From NCBI GenBank assembly GCA_023267075.1, contig JAHFNY010000003.1, positions 1-46,104 of the forward strand: a stretch of DNA of 46,104 bases, in the 5' to 3' direction. Shown here in pieces: positions 9,175-19,518 of this stretch. The notes beneath the pieces are model-generated. The model was not told the DNA's origin. It was given only the letters and a program-made list of their open reading frames with translations, and did no database searches. The first letter of the stretch is position 1; each line of letters opens with the position of its first letter. Source of the stretch: Candidatus Vogelbacteria bacterium (lineage in GTDB: Bacteria > Patescibacteriota > Minisyncoccia > Phycocordibacterales > XYD1-FULL-46-19). A program made the translations under genes and the position numbers.

Positions 9175-11100
9175 TTAAAAGAATATATCTGGTAGATATG
9201 ATTTTCCACCATTAGGTAAGTTGTTTAAATGATGCTCGCTCGCTTCTAAGAGATCATCGGAGATGTCAAAAATAAATTCCGACGGCACGGTGACTTGCCG
9301 CGCCCCGTAGAGGGCGCGGGTCTGGGCGTAACACAAATAAACTTTTTTCCGGGCCCGGGTAATCGCCACGTAAAAGAGTCGTCGCTCTTCTTCCTCATCC
9401 CGATCACTCTCACCAAAGCCAACATGTGGGAAGAGATCTTGCTCCAAGCCGGTGATAAAAACGTCATTAAATTCTAGGCCTTTGGCGGCATGAACGGTCA
9501 TTAACTTTACCCCATCCTTCTTCTCATTCAACGAGTCTTGCTCGCTGGCCAGTGCCACTTCTTCCAGCAAGGCCAAGATACCATCTGGCGCCGGTAAGTA
9601 GTCGTACTTGGTGGCGAGTGTTACCAACTCGCGCAAGTTCTCTAAGCGTTCTAAGTCATCTTCACTCCCCTTTTTTAAACTACTTTCCAAGCCCGACAAC
9701 ATTAAAATAGATTTAATCACTTCCGAGGCAATTTTAGTTTCTAGGGCTAATTTTATTTGTCCGAGAGTGGAGAATAGTTCCCCCACTTTCTGCTTCATTG
9801 CGCTGGGTAGACTATCTTTTTCTCCGGCGGCAATTTTAGCGAGTGTTACTTTACCAATCCCTCGCGCGGGCGTGCCACTCGCCCGCGCTAAACTGGCGTA
9901 ATCCTCATCATTCAGCGCCGCTTTCAGATAAGCCATCACATCTTTCACCTCCTTCCGCTCAAAGAAGCGGGTGCCGAGTACTTGATAGGCCACATTGTGG
10001 CGGAGCATCGCTTCTTCTAAAACACGGGATTGAAAGTTGGCTCGGTACAGTACTGCCACATTGCTCGCCACTTCACCATTAGCAATTAATTTCTTCGCTT
10101 CACTGGCTACAAAGTCGGCCTCGGCCAGTTCTGATAAGTTGGCAATTAAGCTAATCTGCTCGCCCTCATTATTTTTAGTAAACAAGTTTTTCTCGTGGCG
10201 CTTTTTATTTTTACTAATCACCTGATTAGCCGCGGTGAGGATGGTCTGGGTGGAGCGATAATTCTCTTCCAAGAGCACCACCTTGGCGCCAGGGAAGTCT
10301 TGCTCAAAGCGGAGTAAATTCTCGAAGTCGGCGCCGCGCCAGGAGTAAATGGATTGATCCACGTCGCCCACCACGCACAAGTTTTTTTTCTCCCCCGCTA
10401 GTAATCTGGCCAGGTCATATTGCACGGTATTAGTATCTTGATACTCATCAATTAAAATATACTTAAATAAATCTTGATAATTTTTCAATATTTCCGGTTC
10501 CCGCTTCAGCAGTTTAACCGTTTCCAGTAAGAGATCGTCAAAGTCGAAGGCCTTAGCTTTATTGACTAAGGCTTGATACTTTTCCCAAATGCCAGCGACC
10601 AATTTAGGGTAAAATTCATTCCCCGCTTCAGCTTTATATTCGCTTAAACTAAAGCCGTCGCCCTTGGCCCGGGAGATGGCGCCTAAGATTTTCTTCGGTT
10701 CAAAGCGCTTCTCATCCACATTCGCGCTCCGCATCGCTTCTTTAATTAAACCAATTGATTCATCCCGATCTAAAATTGTAAAATATTTCGTCCGGCCCAG
10801 GGCGCGGGCATGAGCCCGGCAGATATTGGCGCCAAGGGAGTGAAAAGTGCCCACAGTTGGCAATGTTCCGCCCGCACCAAGTAATTTTTCCACCCGTTCT
10901 CGCATCTCCCGCGCCGCTTTATTGGTGAAGGTGATGGCTAAAATATTTTCCGGTCTTATCCCGCTGTCGATTAAATGTTTGATCCGATAAGTAATGACTC
11001 GCGTCTTACCGGCCCCGGCGCCAGCGACCACCAATAACGGCCCGTCGGTATGTAAAACGGCTTCCTTCTGCTCATTATTTAATTCTTCCACATCTCCCAC
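9175..11100 (-). CDS. pcrA: ATP-dependent DNA helicase PcrA/UvrD
   Basis: AGAGAGKT, TFTNKAAREM, IDEYQDTN, VGDVDQSIYSWRGA, HAAKGLEF, EERRLFYVAITRA. Confidence 0.95.
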   Translation of the reverse strand: MGDVEELNNEQKEAVLHTDGPLLVVAGAGAGKTRVITYRIKHLIDSGIRPENILAITFTNKAAREMRERVEKLLGAGGTLPTVGTFHSLGANICRAHARALGRTKYFTILDRDESIGLIKEAMRSANVDEKRFEPKKILGAISRAKGDGFSLSEYKAEAGNEFYPKLVAGIWEKYQALVNKAKAFDFDDLLLETVKLLKREPEILKNYQDLFKYILIDEYQDTNTVQYDLARLLAGEKKNLCVVGDVDQSIYSWRGADFENLLRFEQDFPGAKVVLLEENYRSTQTILTAANQVISKNKKRHEKNLFTKNNEGEQISLIANLSELAEADFVASEAKKLIANGEVASNVAVLYRANFQSRVLEEAMLRHNVAYQVLGTRFFERKEVKDVMAYLKAALNDEDYASLARASGTPARGIGKVTLAKIAAGEKDSLPSAMKQKVGELFSTLGQIKLALETKIASEVIKSILMLSGLESSLKKGSEDDLERLENLRELVTLATKYDYLPAPDGILALLEEVALASEQDSLNEKKDGVKLMTVHAAKGLEFNDVFITGLEQDLFPHVGFGESDRDEEEERRLFYVAITRARKKVYLCYAQTRALYGARQVTVPSEFIFDISDDLLEASEHHLNNLPNGGKSYLPDIFF

Positions 11101-11124
11101 GAGGAACAGAGTAACACAAGCGTC

Positions 11125-12633
11125 TTATTGGCCCAACCGCCTAAGTCTATTTTCAATTTTTCCCCAAAATTTTTTCCAACGTCCGGTGTTTTTTATTTCT
11201 GTTGGTAGTGGTGAAGGTTGAACTTCAGTTTTCTTTTCTGGTTTGAGACCTAAGAACTGACCGTATTGTTCTTCTTCATTTTTTCGTCTATCCAGTTCCT
11301 TTTCTTTAGCTTGTTTCCAGTAAGCTTGTCTTAGTTGTTGTTTAATATTTTCTTTGGTTACATGTTTTGTTTCTGGAGTGGTGGGAAAAGCTTCAATCAT
11401 TTCATCAACCGTGTATTCCTTTTTTGGTTTCGTCTTTTCAGCTGGTTTTTTGAGATTTAAATTTCCCTGTTCGGCGGCCCACAGTAATTTATGGAAGGGT
11501 ACCACCTCCCTTTTCACCTCTTTATTCCGCCAGGTTTTATCTTCATTTTGTTTGGGTTGGAATTCTAACACGGCATAACCGTCTTTAAGGGCGGCATCTT
11601 CAGTTTTTGGTTCTCTCACCATTTCAATCACCTTGACCGCTTCGCCGCTAGGGGTAAAAATAGTTTGTCCAGCTTTCAAATTCAATGATTCAGTTTTATT
11701 TAATTTTTCTTTGGCTTCGTTGTATTTTTCATCAAATTCTTTCCGTCCTTGAATATTGTGAATATTTTCTTTAGATTTTTCGTAATCAGTAAAAGTCATT
11801 TGGGTTTTATCACCCGTGTCAATTTGTTCAAAACTAATTAATTTTTTATCCTGATCGATTGCAAAGACCCGGCGACTAATTCCCCCGCGGCTAGTTATCA
11901 CCTGACCAATTTTGGGTAAAATGGGTCTATCTAGCTCATCTAATATTTCCCGCGATTTTTCTAAAGAAGATGTCTTTGGCTTTTTGGTTTTAGTTTCTTT
12001 TGTTTGTGCTGGTTGTTTTTCTTGAATTGGTGGTTCTTGTTTTTCTAAATCAGCCAACATTTCTTCGTATCCTTCAGGAGTTTTTGATTCCCCGACTAGT
12101 TTTTGTTTATCAATTTGATCAGTTTTCTTTGGCTGTTCTTGTTTAGGTTTTCTCTTTCCTTTTGTTTGATATCCAACTGGTAAATATTCTTTGACTTCAT
12201 TTTGTAAACCTAACCACTGTTCTTTTGGTAAGACTTTGAACATACCTTCTTTATCAGTCCTCATATCCTTTTCAATTTTCCGATATTTCATCTTTCCGGT
12301 TTTGTCATCCCAGCCGATGATATGCAAGAATGAACCATCACTCATTTCTAAAATATCTCCTCGTTGAACAGTCTCCATGTTAATGGGTTTTTTTTCTTCG
12401 ATTTTTTCTAATTCTTTATCAGATTTTAATTCTAACCCTTTTCTTTCTCGTGTTCTTCCCCACTCTTCGGGAGTTAGTTTTACTGGTCTTGTTCCATTTT
12501 GGAATTCTATTAATCCATCCTCAAGTATTCTTGCTCTATATTCTTTGCCACTTTTTGACACAAAATGATCATATTGTGGTTCTTCGGCCTTATTTTCTAA
12601 TTTAGGAATTTCTTGACTCATTGTTTTAAGCAT
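11125..12633 (-). CDS. Lys/Glu-rich hypothetical protein with repeated small beta modules
   Basis: 502-aa ORF with repeated G(D/Q)-hydrophobic-x-S/D-G segments. Confidence 0.7.
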   Translation of the reverse strand: MLKTMSQEIPKLENKAEEPQYDHFVSKSGKEYRARILEDGLIEFQNGTRPVKLTPEEWGRTRERKGLELKSDKELEKIEEKKPINMETVQRGDILEMSDGSFLHIIGWDDKTGKMKYRKIEKDMRTDKEGMFKVLPKEQWLGLQNEVKEYLPVGYQTKGKRKPKQEQPKKTDQIDKQKLVGESKTPEGYEEMLADLEKQEPPIQEKQPAQTKETKTKKPKTSSLEKSREILDELDRPILPKIGQVITSRGGISRRVFAIDQDKKLISFEQIDTGDKTQMTFTDYEKSKENIHNIQGRKEFDEKYNEAKEKLNKTESLNLKAGQTIFTPSGEAVKVIEMVREPKTEDAALKDGYAVLEFQPKQNEDKTWRNKEVKREVVPFHKLLWAAEQGNLNLKKPAEKTKPKKEYTVDEMIEAFPTTPETKHVTKENIKQQLRQAYWKQAKEKELDRRKNEEEQYGQFLGLKPEKKTEVQPSPLPTEIKNTGRWKKFWGKIENRLRRLGQ

Positions 12634-12670
12634 AACTTATGGCGTATAATGTGTCTATACTTCACTTTTT

Positions 12671-13042
12671 ATGGAACAGGAAAAAATTTTAGAAGCAGAG
12701 ATTGCCGAGCTAAGTAAAGCGATTGAAGACAAGCGCTCGGCCCTTGCGGCCGAGCGCGGTGCCTTGCCGCCCGAGCGCGAGGTGGTGCATCAGGTAGTGA
12801 GCGATTATGTTGGGCCCAAAATTACTTCTGCTCCAGCCCAAATTGCCGATGACTACCTTAATACTTTAGATGAAGTCAGCACGGCCAAGGTCAATACTCT
12901 CATTGCCACTATTGGTGAACGCGGTTTTAAACAGGCCATTACTGCCGCCAAGCAGGAATCCCCTTTCGTTTTAGACGCTTTCCACGACGCTCTAGTCTCT
13001 CATCTTTATGAAGAGTTAAAGTCCCGCGGCGTGGTTAAATAA
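12671..13042 (+). CDS. Conserved hypothetical protein
   Basis: PFVLDAFHDALV motif; first gene before the VirD4-like ATPase. Confidence 0.75.
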   Translation: MEQEKILEAEIAELSKAIEDKRSALAAERGALPPEREVVHQVVSDYVGPKITSAPAQIADDYLNTLDEVSTAKVNTLIATIGERGFKQAITAAKQESPFVLDAFHDALVSHLYEELKSRGVVK

Positions 13043-13051
13043 GTAAATTCT

Positions 13052-15415
13052 ATGACCCTTAATGCCATTATTGCCACGCTCGTCCTCCTCTTTGCGGTGG
13101 CGGTGTTGCTGGCCGTTTTAGTCCGCCTTCTCCGCCGGCCGTTTATGGAGTCGCTCTCGCTCACTACGCTTGCTATTAGTATCCCCAAGGGCGAGAAGGA
13201 TGATAAGGCCAATTTAATTGACGAGATCAATAAGTCAGAGAAGTTTTTTGACGCTTTGGCGGCGATCAAACAGCCAGTAGCCCTAGAGATGGCCGTCCAC
13301 AATAGCGGCGAGGCCATTCATTTCTACTTAGCCGTCCCTCGAGCGAATGTTGACTTTGCCAGCCGGCAAATCCAAGGTCTTTTCCCGCGGGCTCAAGTGA
13401 AGCCGGCGAGTGATTACACTATTTTTGCCACCGACGGCGCCGCCAGTGCCGCTACCTTCAAGCTTAAGAGTAAGGCGGTGTTGCCGATTCGGACCTATCG
13501 TGAGGCGGAAGTAGATACTTTTGCGCCAGTCGTGAGCACCTTTTCTCAATTAAATGAGCTGGGTGAGGGGGCGGTATTCCAATTAGTGCTTAGGCCGGCC
13601 GGTGAGCGGGCACGGCAAAGTATTACCGGCGCCATTGCTCGGCTGAAGAAGGGCGATAAGTTGAGCGACGTCATTTCCACTGCCTTTTTTAAGCCGGATG
13701 AAGTGGCTAAATTATTTCAAGCTGAAAATAAGACTAAGAAAGCTGCTAGTTATGAACCACCTAAACCTTTAGATGAAGAAGCGATTAAAGCCCTACAACA
13801 GAAAGTGAGTAAACCGCTTTTCTCGGTCAATGCTCGAGTGATTACCGCCGCGACAGAAGCGGCCCGGGCGGAGGGTATTCTTCTCGCGGTTACTAATGCC
13901 CTCACTCAATTTACCGCGCCACTGCGTAATAGTTTAATCACCGTCCGGCCGCGGAAGAATAAGCAACTCATTTTCAACTATATTTTCCGCGAGTTTGAGC
14001 GTAAAGAAGCGTTAACTTTAAATTCAGAAGAATTGGCCAGTCTCTTCCATTTACCTACTTTCTCCACCGATGTACCCCGGATCGCTTGGCAGAAGGGGAC
14101 GGAAGCGCCGCCGCCGGCTAATTTACCCAATGAGGGCGTAGTTTTAGGCGAGAATATTTTCCGCGGGGAGAAGCGGCCGGTCCGCTTGCTTGATGATGAT
14201 CGGCGGCGGCACTTGTATGTAGTTGGTCAAACGGGTACCGGTAAGTCTTACTTAATGCTCAACTTGGCAGTCCAAGATATGGCCGCGGGTAAAGGTTTAG
14301 CCGTGATTGACCCGCACGGCGAGTTGGTGGATAAAATTTTGGGCCTCGTCCCACCGGAGCGGGTGGATGATGTGATTGTCTTTAATCCTGGCGATCTCTC
14401 CCGACCGCTAGGCCTAAATATGTTGGAATATAATCTGGACCGACCGGAAGAGAAGACCTTTATCGTCAATGAAATTCAATCCATCTTTAATCGCCTGTTT
14501 GATAAAGAAACAATGGGGCCGATGTTTGAGCAATACATGCGCAATTCCCTCCTCCTCTTGATGGAGGATGCCAAGTATGAACCAGCCACCTTAATGGAGG
14601 TGCCGCGGATCTTCACTGATCCAGAATTTAGGAAGAAGAAACTGGCTCGGGCCACCAATCCCACGGTGATTGATTTCTGGGAGAAGGAGGCGGTTAAGAC
14701 CAGTGGTGAGCAGGGTCTCGCCAATATGACACCGTATATCACTTCTAAGTTCGGCAATTTTATTGCTAACGATTATATGCGACCGATTATTGGCCAGCCG
14801 CAATCGGCGTTCAACTTCCGAGAGGTAATGGATGGGGGGAAAATTCTGCTCGTCAATTTGGCTAAGGGTCGGATCGGTGATATTAATGCCGGTCTCTTAG
14901 GGATGATTATTACTGGCCGTTTGCTCCTCGCGGCGCTCTCTCGGACTGATGTTGATGAGGCTAAGCGCCGTGATTTTTATTTATATATTGATGAGTTCCA
15001 GAATTTTACTACCGATTCGATTGCCGTCATTCTCTCCGAGGCCCGGAAGTATCGCTTGGATTTGATTCTCGCCCATCAATTTATTGCCCAGCTAACGGAT
15101 CAGATTAGGGAAGCGGTCTTTGGCAACGTGGGGTCGCTTGCCGCCTTCCGGGTGGGACCGCCCGATACTGAAGCTTTAATTAAACACTTTGGTCCGACCT
15201 TTACCGAGCGGGATTTAACGACGATTGAGAATCAAATGGCCATTGCCCGGACCCTAATTAAGGGCGAACCGTCGGTCCCCTTCAACTTTAAGACCATTAC
15301 TACCCTGGCTGGCTCGGATGAAGTGAAGGAAAAACTGAAAGAGCTCTCCCGCCTTACTTATGGCCGCGATTTGGCGGAGGTGGAACAGGAGATTTTAACC
15401 CGGTTGCGGGGTTAG
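13052..15415 (+). CDS. VirD4/TraD-like type IV coupling ATPase (HerA/FtsK superfamily)
   Basis: N-terminal TM; RRHLYVVGQTGTGKS, VIDPHGE, YIDEFQNF, SEARKYRL, LAHQ. Confidence 0.85.
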   Translation: MTLNAIIATLVLLFAVAVLLAVLVRLLRRPFMESLSLTTLAISIPKGEKDDKANLIDEINKSEKFFDALAAIKQPVALEMAVHNSGEAIHFYLAVPRANVDFASRQIQGLFPRAQVKPASDYTIFATDGAASAATFKLKSKAVLPIRTYREAEVDTFAPVVSTFSQLNELGEGAVFQLVLRPAGERARQSITGAIARLKKGDKLSDVISTAFFKPDEVAKLFQAENKTKKAASYEPPKPLDEEAIKALQQKVSKPLFSVNARVITAATEAARAEGILLAVTNALTQFTAPLRNSLITVRPRKNKQLIFNYIFREFERKEALTLNSEELASLFHLPTFSTDVPRIAWQKGTEAPPPANLPNEGVVLGENIFRGEKRPVRLLDDDRRRHLYVVGQTGTGKSYLMLNLAVQDMAAGKGLAVIDPHGELVDKILGLVPPERVDDVIVFNPGDLSRPLGLNMLEYNLDRPEEKTFIVNEIQSIFNRLFDKETMGPMFEQYMRNSLLLLMEDAKYEPATLMEVPRIFTDPEFRKKKLARATNPTVIDFWEKEAVKTSGEQGLANMTPYITSKFGNFIANDYMRPIIGQPQSAFNFREVMDGGKILLVNLAKGRIGDINAGLLGMIITGRLLLAALSRTDVDEAKRRDFYLYIDEFQNFTTDSIAVILSEARKYRLDLILAHQFIAQLTDQIREAVFGNVGSLAAFRVGPPDTEALIKHFGPTFTERDLTTIENQMAIARTLIKGEPSVPFNFKTITTLAGSDEVKEKLKELSRLTYGRDLAEVEQEILTRLRG

Positions 15416-15439
15416 GTGGCAGGGCGGTATAATTAAGGG

Positions 15440-16459
15440 GTGAGGAAAAAGGTAGGCCTTTTGGCCTTTATTTTGTTTACGGGACTCATTTTTGCCCGCT
15501 CGGCTCAAGCCGGGATTTTAAGTAACTTAGCGGCTGCTTTGTTTGGCTTTAGTGGAGGAGAAGTGGCTGCTGGCAATTCTCAAACCGTGGCTTTACTTGA
15601 ATCTACTTTAGCTCCGGATCCCAAATCGGCCGCCACCAGCTCTGGCGATACGACGATTGTGGGTGGGTCGGCTTTTCTTCCCGACTCGGGTCCGGTGGGG
15701 ACGATTGCGGATGTTCCCGCTTTCCCTAAAAGCGATCGAATCAGTGTTTATATTGTCCGGCCGGGTGATACTCTCTCCCAGATTGCTAATATGTTCGATG
15801 TTTCGGTTAATACCATTGTTTGGTCTAATAATTTAAAACGGGGGGCAGCGCTTCAAACTGGTCAGGAATTAACCATCCTCCCTATTTCCGGTGTTTCTCA
15901 TACCGTGGCTAAGGGCGATACTTTGAAAACTATTGCTCGTAAATATAATGCCGACGCCACAGAAATTGCCAGCTTCAACGATCTTTCCTCTGATACCACT
16001 CTCGTAGTTGGCTCAACGATTATTGTCCCCGATGGAGAATTGGTGGTGACAGTATCTAAGCCAAGTTCAAGCGGCGGTGGGACCACTTCATCTTCCCTCC
16101 CAACATATAGCGGTTACTTTATGCGGCCAATTACTGGCGGACGGAAGAGTCAAGGCCTCCATGGCTATAAGAATAGTGCCGTGGATCTAGCCACTTATTA
16201 CGGTGCACCCATCTTCGCCGCTGCCGATGGCACCGTGATTATTAGTAAAACTGGCGGTTGGAATGGTGGTTATGGTAATTACATTGTTATTCAACATCCT
16301 AATGGCACTCAAACGCTCTATTCCCACATTAGCGAGAATCTAGTGACTATCGGTGAGCATGTTAGCAAGGGCGATACTATTGCCCGAATTGGTTTAACTG
16401 GTAAAACCACTGGTCCCCACGTCCACTTTGAAATCCGCGGCGCCAAAAATCCGTTTTAA
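15440..16459 (+). CDS. LysM x2 plus M23 metallopeptidase
   Basis: YIVRPGDTLSQIA, HTVAKGDTLKTIA, GGYGNYIVIQH, TGPHVHFE. Confidence 0.9.
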   Translation: MRKKVGLLAFILFTGLIFARSAQAGILSNLAAALFGFSGGEVAAGNSQTVALLESTLAPDPKSAATSSGDTTIVGGSAFLPDSGPVGTIADVPAFPKSDRISVYIVRPGDTLSQIANMFDVSVNTIVWSNNLKRGAALQTGQELTILPISGVSHTVAKGDTLKTIARKYNADATEIASFNDLSSDTTLVVGSTIIVPDGELVVTVSKPSSSGGGTTSSSLPTYSGYFMRPITGGRKSQGLHGYKNSAVDLATYYGAPIFAAADGTVIISKTGGWNGGYGNYIVIQHPNGTQTLYSHISENLVTIGEHVSKGDTIARIGLTGKTTGPHVHFEIRGAKNPF

Positions 16460-16460
16460 A

Positions 16461-18005
16461 TTATTTTCTTGGTCGGTATTGGAGCGCTTCTAGTAAGTGC
16501 GGTTCGGCAATGTTTTCAGCTAGGGCGAGATCGGCAATGGTGCGAGCCAGTTTAATGACCCGATGGTAAGCTCGAGCCGATAAGTCTAAGCGCCGAGCCG
16601 AGTCATTGAGGAGGTCGGTGAGCGTGGGCGTGAGTGGCGCCAAGTGGCGGAGATCTTTGACTGTCATTTCGCTATTAGTTTTAATCGGTAAGCCGGCGGT
16701 TTTAAATCGTTTCTCCTGAATTTTCCGCGCTCCCGCTACGCGCTCGCGGATCTTGAGTGACGATTCTTCCTCAGTACTATAATCCGAGAGTTTCTTGGGA
16801 TCGACTTGGGGCACATTCAGCCAGACATCAATTCGATCAATAATTGGGCCGGAGATTTTCCGCTCATAGCGCGAGAGAGCGGCCGGTGAGCAAATACATT
16901 CTCGCTCTTTATGGCCTTTATAGCCGCAAGGGCAGGGATTCATCGCCGCGATGAGGATAAAATTAGCCGGGAAGGTCACCGAGCTCTTGGCCCGAGCGAC
17001 AGAAATAATTTTATCTTCCAAGGGTTGGCGCAAGGCCTCAATCACTCGCTTCTCAAACTCGGGGAACTCGTCTAAGAAGAGGACCCCGCGATGGGCGAGA
17101 GTAATCTCACCCGGTTTGGGCCAAGCCCCGCCGCCGACCAAGGAAACATAACTCGCGGTATGGTGTGGCGCTCTAAAGGGCGAGATGGTAATTAAAGTAT
17201 CGGCTAAGGCGCCGGCGGCGGAATGAATGCCCGTCGTCTCAATAATTTCCTCAAAGGCGAGGGGTGGTAAGATCCCGGCGAAGGCTTTAGCGAGCATGGT
17301 TTTCCCGGTCCCGGGTGGTCCGCTCATCGCCACATTGTGACCGCCGGCCGCGGCAATTTCTAAACCGCGCTTGCCGGTGGCTTGACCCCGCACTTCCGAG
17401 AAGTCAAACAAGGGCGCCACCTTCTCCTCTTCCACCACCAACTCCGGCGCGGGGAGCAGTTTGGGTTTAACTTTCTCGCCTGGCACCGGCCGTTCATTTA
17501 AATGATCTAAGACCGCGGTTAAATTGCTTGCTCCATACACAGTAATTCCGCGGATGAGTGTGGCTTCCGCCACATTGTCTAATGGTAAATAGATTTCTTT
17601 AAAGCCTTTTTTCAACGCCTCTTTCACTAAGAGCAAGGTGCCTTTGATTGGTCGCAATTCTCCTGAGAGGGAAAGCTCGCCTAAAAATAATTTCCCTTCG
17701 GTTTTAAAGACAATGTCGCCATTGGCAATGAGGAAGCCAAGAGCAATCGCCAAGTCAAAGGCGGCGCCTTCCTTCTTAATATCGGCTGGGGCGAGAGAGA
17801 CAATCACTTTTTTATTCCCCTTCTGGGGTGATTTAAAGCCAGAGTTTTTGATCGCGGCGCTAATTCGATCCCGGGCTTCTTCTACTGCTTTATCCGGCAA
17901 GCCGACCACGGTAAAAGAGTGTAAGCCTTTACCCACATCCACTTCCACATCAATAATATCCGCTTTCAAACCAACAATTTGAGCGGCGTGGACGCGGGCA
18001 AGCAT
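16461..18005 (-). CDS. comM: ComM/YifB Mg-chelatase-like AAA+ ATPase
   Basis: VGLPDKAVEE, GPPGTGKT, PFRAPHHTAS, LFLDEFPEF, NPCPCG. Confidence 0.92.
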   Translation of the reverse strand: MLARVHAAQIVGLKADIIDVEVDVGKGLHSFTVVGLPDKAVEEARDRISAAIKNSGFKSPQKGNKKVIVSLAPADIKKEGAAFDLAIALGFLIANGDIVFKTEGKLFLGELSLSGELRPIKGTLLLVKEALKKGFKEIYLPLDNVAEATLIRGITVYGASNLTAVLDHLNERPVPGEKVKPKLLPAPELVVEEEKVAPLFDFSEVRGQATGKRGLEIAAAGGHNVAMSGPPGTGKTMLAKAFAGILPPLAFEEIIETTGIHSAAGALADTLITISPFRAPHHTASYVSLVGGGAWPKPGEITLAHRGVLFLDEFPEFEKRVIEALRQPLEDKIISVARAKSSVTFPANFILIAAMNPCPCGYKGHKERECICSPAALSRYERKISGPIIDRIDVWLNVPQVDPKKLSDYSTEEESSLKIRERVAGARKIQEKRFKTAGLPIKTNSEMTVKDLRHLAPLTPTLTDLLNDSARRLDLSARAYHRVIKLARTIADLALAENIAEPHLLEALQYRPRK

Positions 18006-18022
18006 AAAACTTAGTTAAAAAA

Positions 18023-18361
18023 TTAGTGACCGTTTAAATCGCTCAAGTGTTTTTTGCAAGTTTTAGCCGTCGGACTAGCTTCCAGCCGATCAATTTCAAT
18101 TGGTTCTTGGCAAACTTCGCATTTACCATAAGTTCCAGTGCCAATTTTAGCTAAAGCATTTCTCACTTCCGTTAAATGATTTTCTAAAGTTTGGTGAGTG
18201 GCCTCGCGCTCATCTGAATCTTCAAATTTTTCCGCTACTTCATCGCGGGTTTCTACGGCGAGATTACCTTCTTCCGTGGCCTCGCTTTGCTCGGCCGCTA
18301 AGGCTTCAGTTAAACGCTTTTCCTCAGCCAATAAAATTTCTTTAAAGTGATTAGTATCCAT
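18023..18361 (-). CDS. TraR/DksA C4-type zinc finger protein
   Basis: ALAKIGTGTYGKCEVC...RLEASPTAKTC. Confidence 0.85.
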   Translation of the reverse strand: MDTNHFKEILLAEEKRLTEALAAEQSEATEEGNLAVETRDEVAEKFEDSDEREATHQTLENHLTEVRNALAKIGTGTYGKCEVCQEPIEIDRLEASPTAKTCKKHLSDLNGH

Positions 18362-18393
18362 AGTTTTAGTCTAGCAGATTACTTTTGGATCGG

Positions 18394-19518
18394 CTAGGGT
18401 CGGTAGGCGTTGAAGATTTTACTGAAGGTGGCCTCATTCTCGGTGATGATTAAGAGATTATTGGCAATCAAGCCGTAGACAAAGACCGTTTGGCCGCGCA
18501 GGCCGGTGAAGATCCGGACATCGGTATTATTTAAGATCCCGTCGCGGACTTGGGCTGTTTCTACGATCGCATTTACTCCCGGACCAATGAGCGGATTAAA
18601 CAATTGTTCAATCACTTGGCGCTCATTACCGAGCATGGCGGCCCGGAGAGCGTCTGGTTGAGTGGTGTTAAATAAGTAAAAGGCGGCTGGAGTCTGGCTT
18701 TTAAAAGTTCCGAGCATAAAGTCTTTGCCTAAACTCTGGGTAAAATTAAGCGGTAAATCAAGCTCGGCCAAATTGGCCAGAGCGGTAAAAGGGACTAATT
18801 GTTTAGCCGTACCTTTGCCGGTAGTAAAATATAATTGAGTGATTGATTCCGTACTCACCGGCACGAGTTGATGTTGAGCCATTAGGGCGGCGGCCAATTT
18901 CTCGGGTGAGAGGTCGGTCACATTAATCTCGCGCCGTTCCGATGGGATAATTAAGCTGGTCACCGGTAAAATTGGGGCCGCCGGCGTATTGCCGCTGGGC
19001 CAGACTACGTACACTCCCCCGCCAATAATCGCGAGGATTAATAATATCCCACCGGCGAGGCCCACTAGCCGCCAATTAATTGCGGCTAAAGAAAAATGGC
19101 GGGTTGGCGCCGCCTCTTCTCGGCCGCGCTCCTTCTCTTTAATAATAATATTTTCTACCGATAAATTGCCGCTCCTCGCCACGCTGGCGAGGTCGCCTTT
19201 AAAAGTGCGGATCGGCGAGAGATCGCTCTTATCACTTTTACTAATTTCCTCAATCGTACTTTTAGCCGCGGCAATTTTTCCTAAACGCGACTGACGCTCT
19301 TGCCAGACTTTAGTCTCGGTTTTCATCGCTTCTTCGCGTCTCGCTATTTCCGCCGCTTGGGCCGCCTCGCGATCTTTCTGTAAGTCCTCCGCTAGTTTCC
19401 GCTTGGTATCGGCCTCGGCTTTGATTGCTTGTTCTTTCGCTTCACGCGCCGCCTTATGCTTAGGGCTCTCCATTGCCAGCTGGGCCTTGCGCCGTTTATC
19501 GTTTAAATCGTCGCTCAT
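18394..19518 (-). CDS. Single-pass membrane hypothetical protein
   Basis: N-terminal coiled coil, IRTFKGD motif, one TM helix. Confidence 0.75.
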   Translation of the reverse strand: MSDDLNDKRRKAQLAMESPKHKAAREAKEQAIKAEADTKRKLAEDLQKDREAAQAAEIARREEAMKTETKVWQERQSRLGKIAAAKSTIEEISKSDKSDLSPIRTFKGDLASVARSGNLSVENIIIKEKERGREEAAPTRHFSLAAINWRLVGLAGGILLILAIIGGGVYVVWPSGNTPAAPILPVTSLIIPSERREINVTDLSPEKLAAALMAQHQLVPVSTESITQLYFTTGKGTAKQLVPFTALANLAELDLPLNFTQSLGKDFMLGTFKSQTPAAFYLFNTTQPDALRAAMLGNERQVIEQLFNPLIGPGVNAIVETAQVRDGILNNTDVRIFTGLRGQTVFVYGLIANNLLIITENEATFSKIFNAYRP

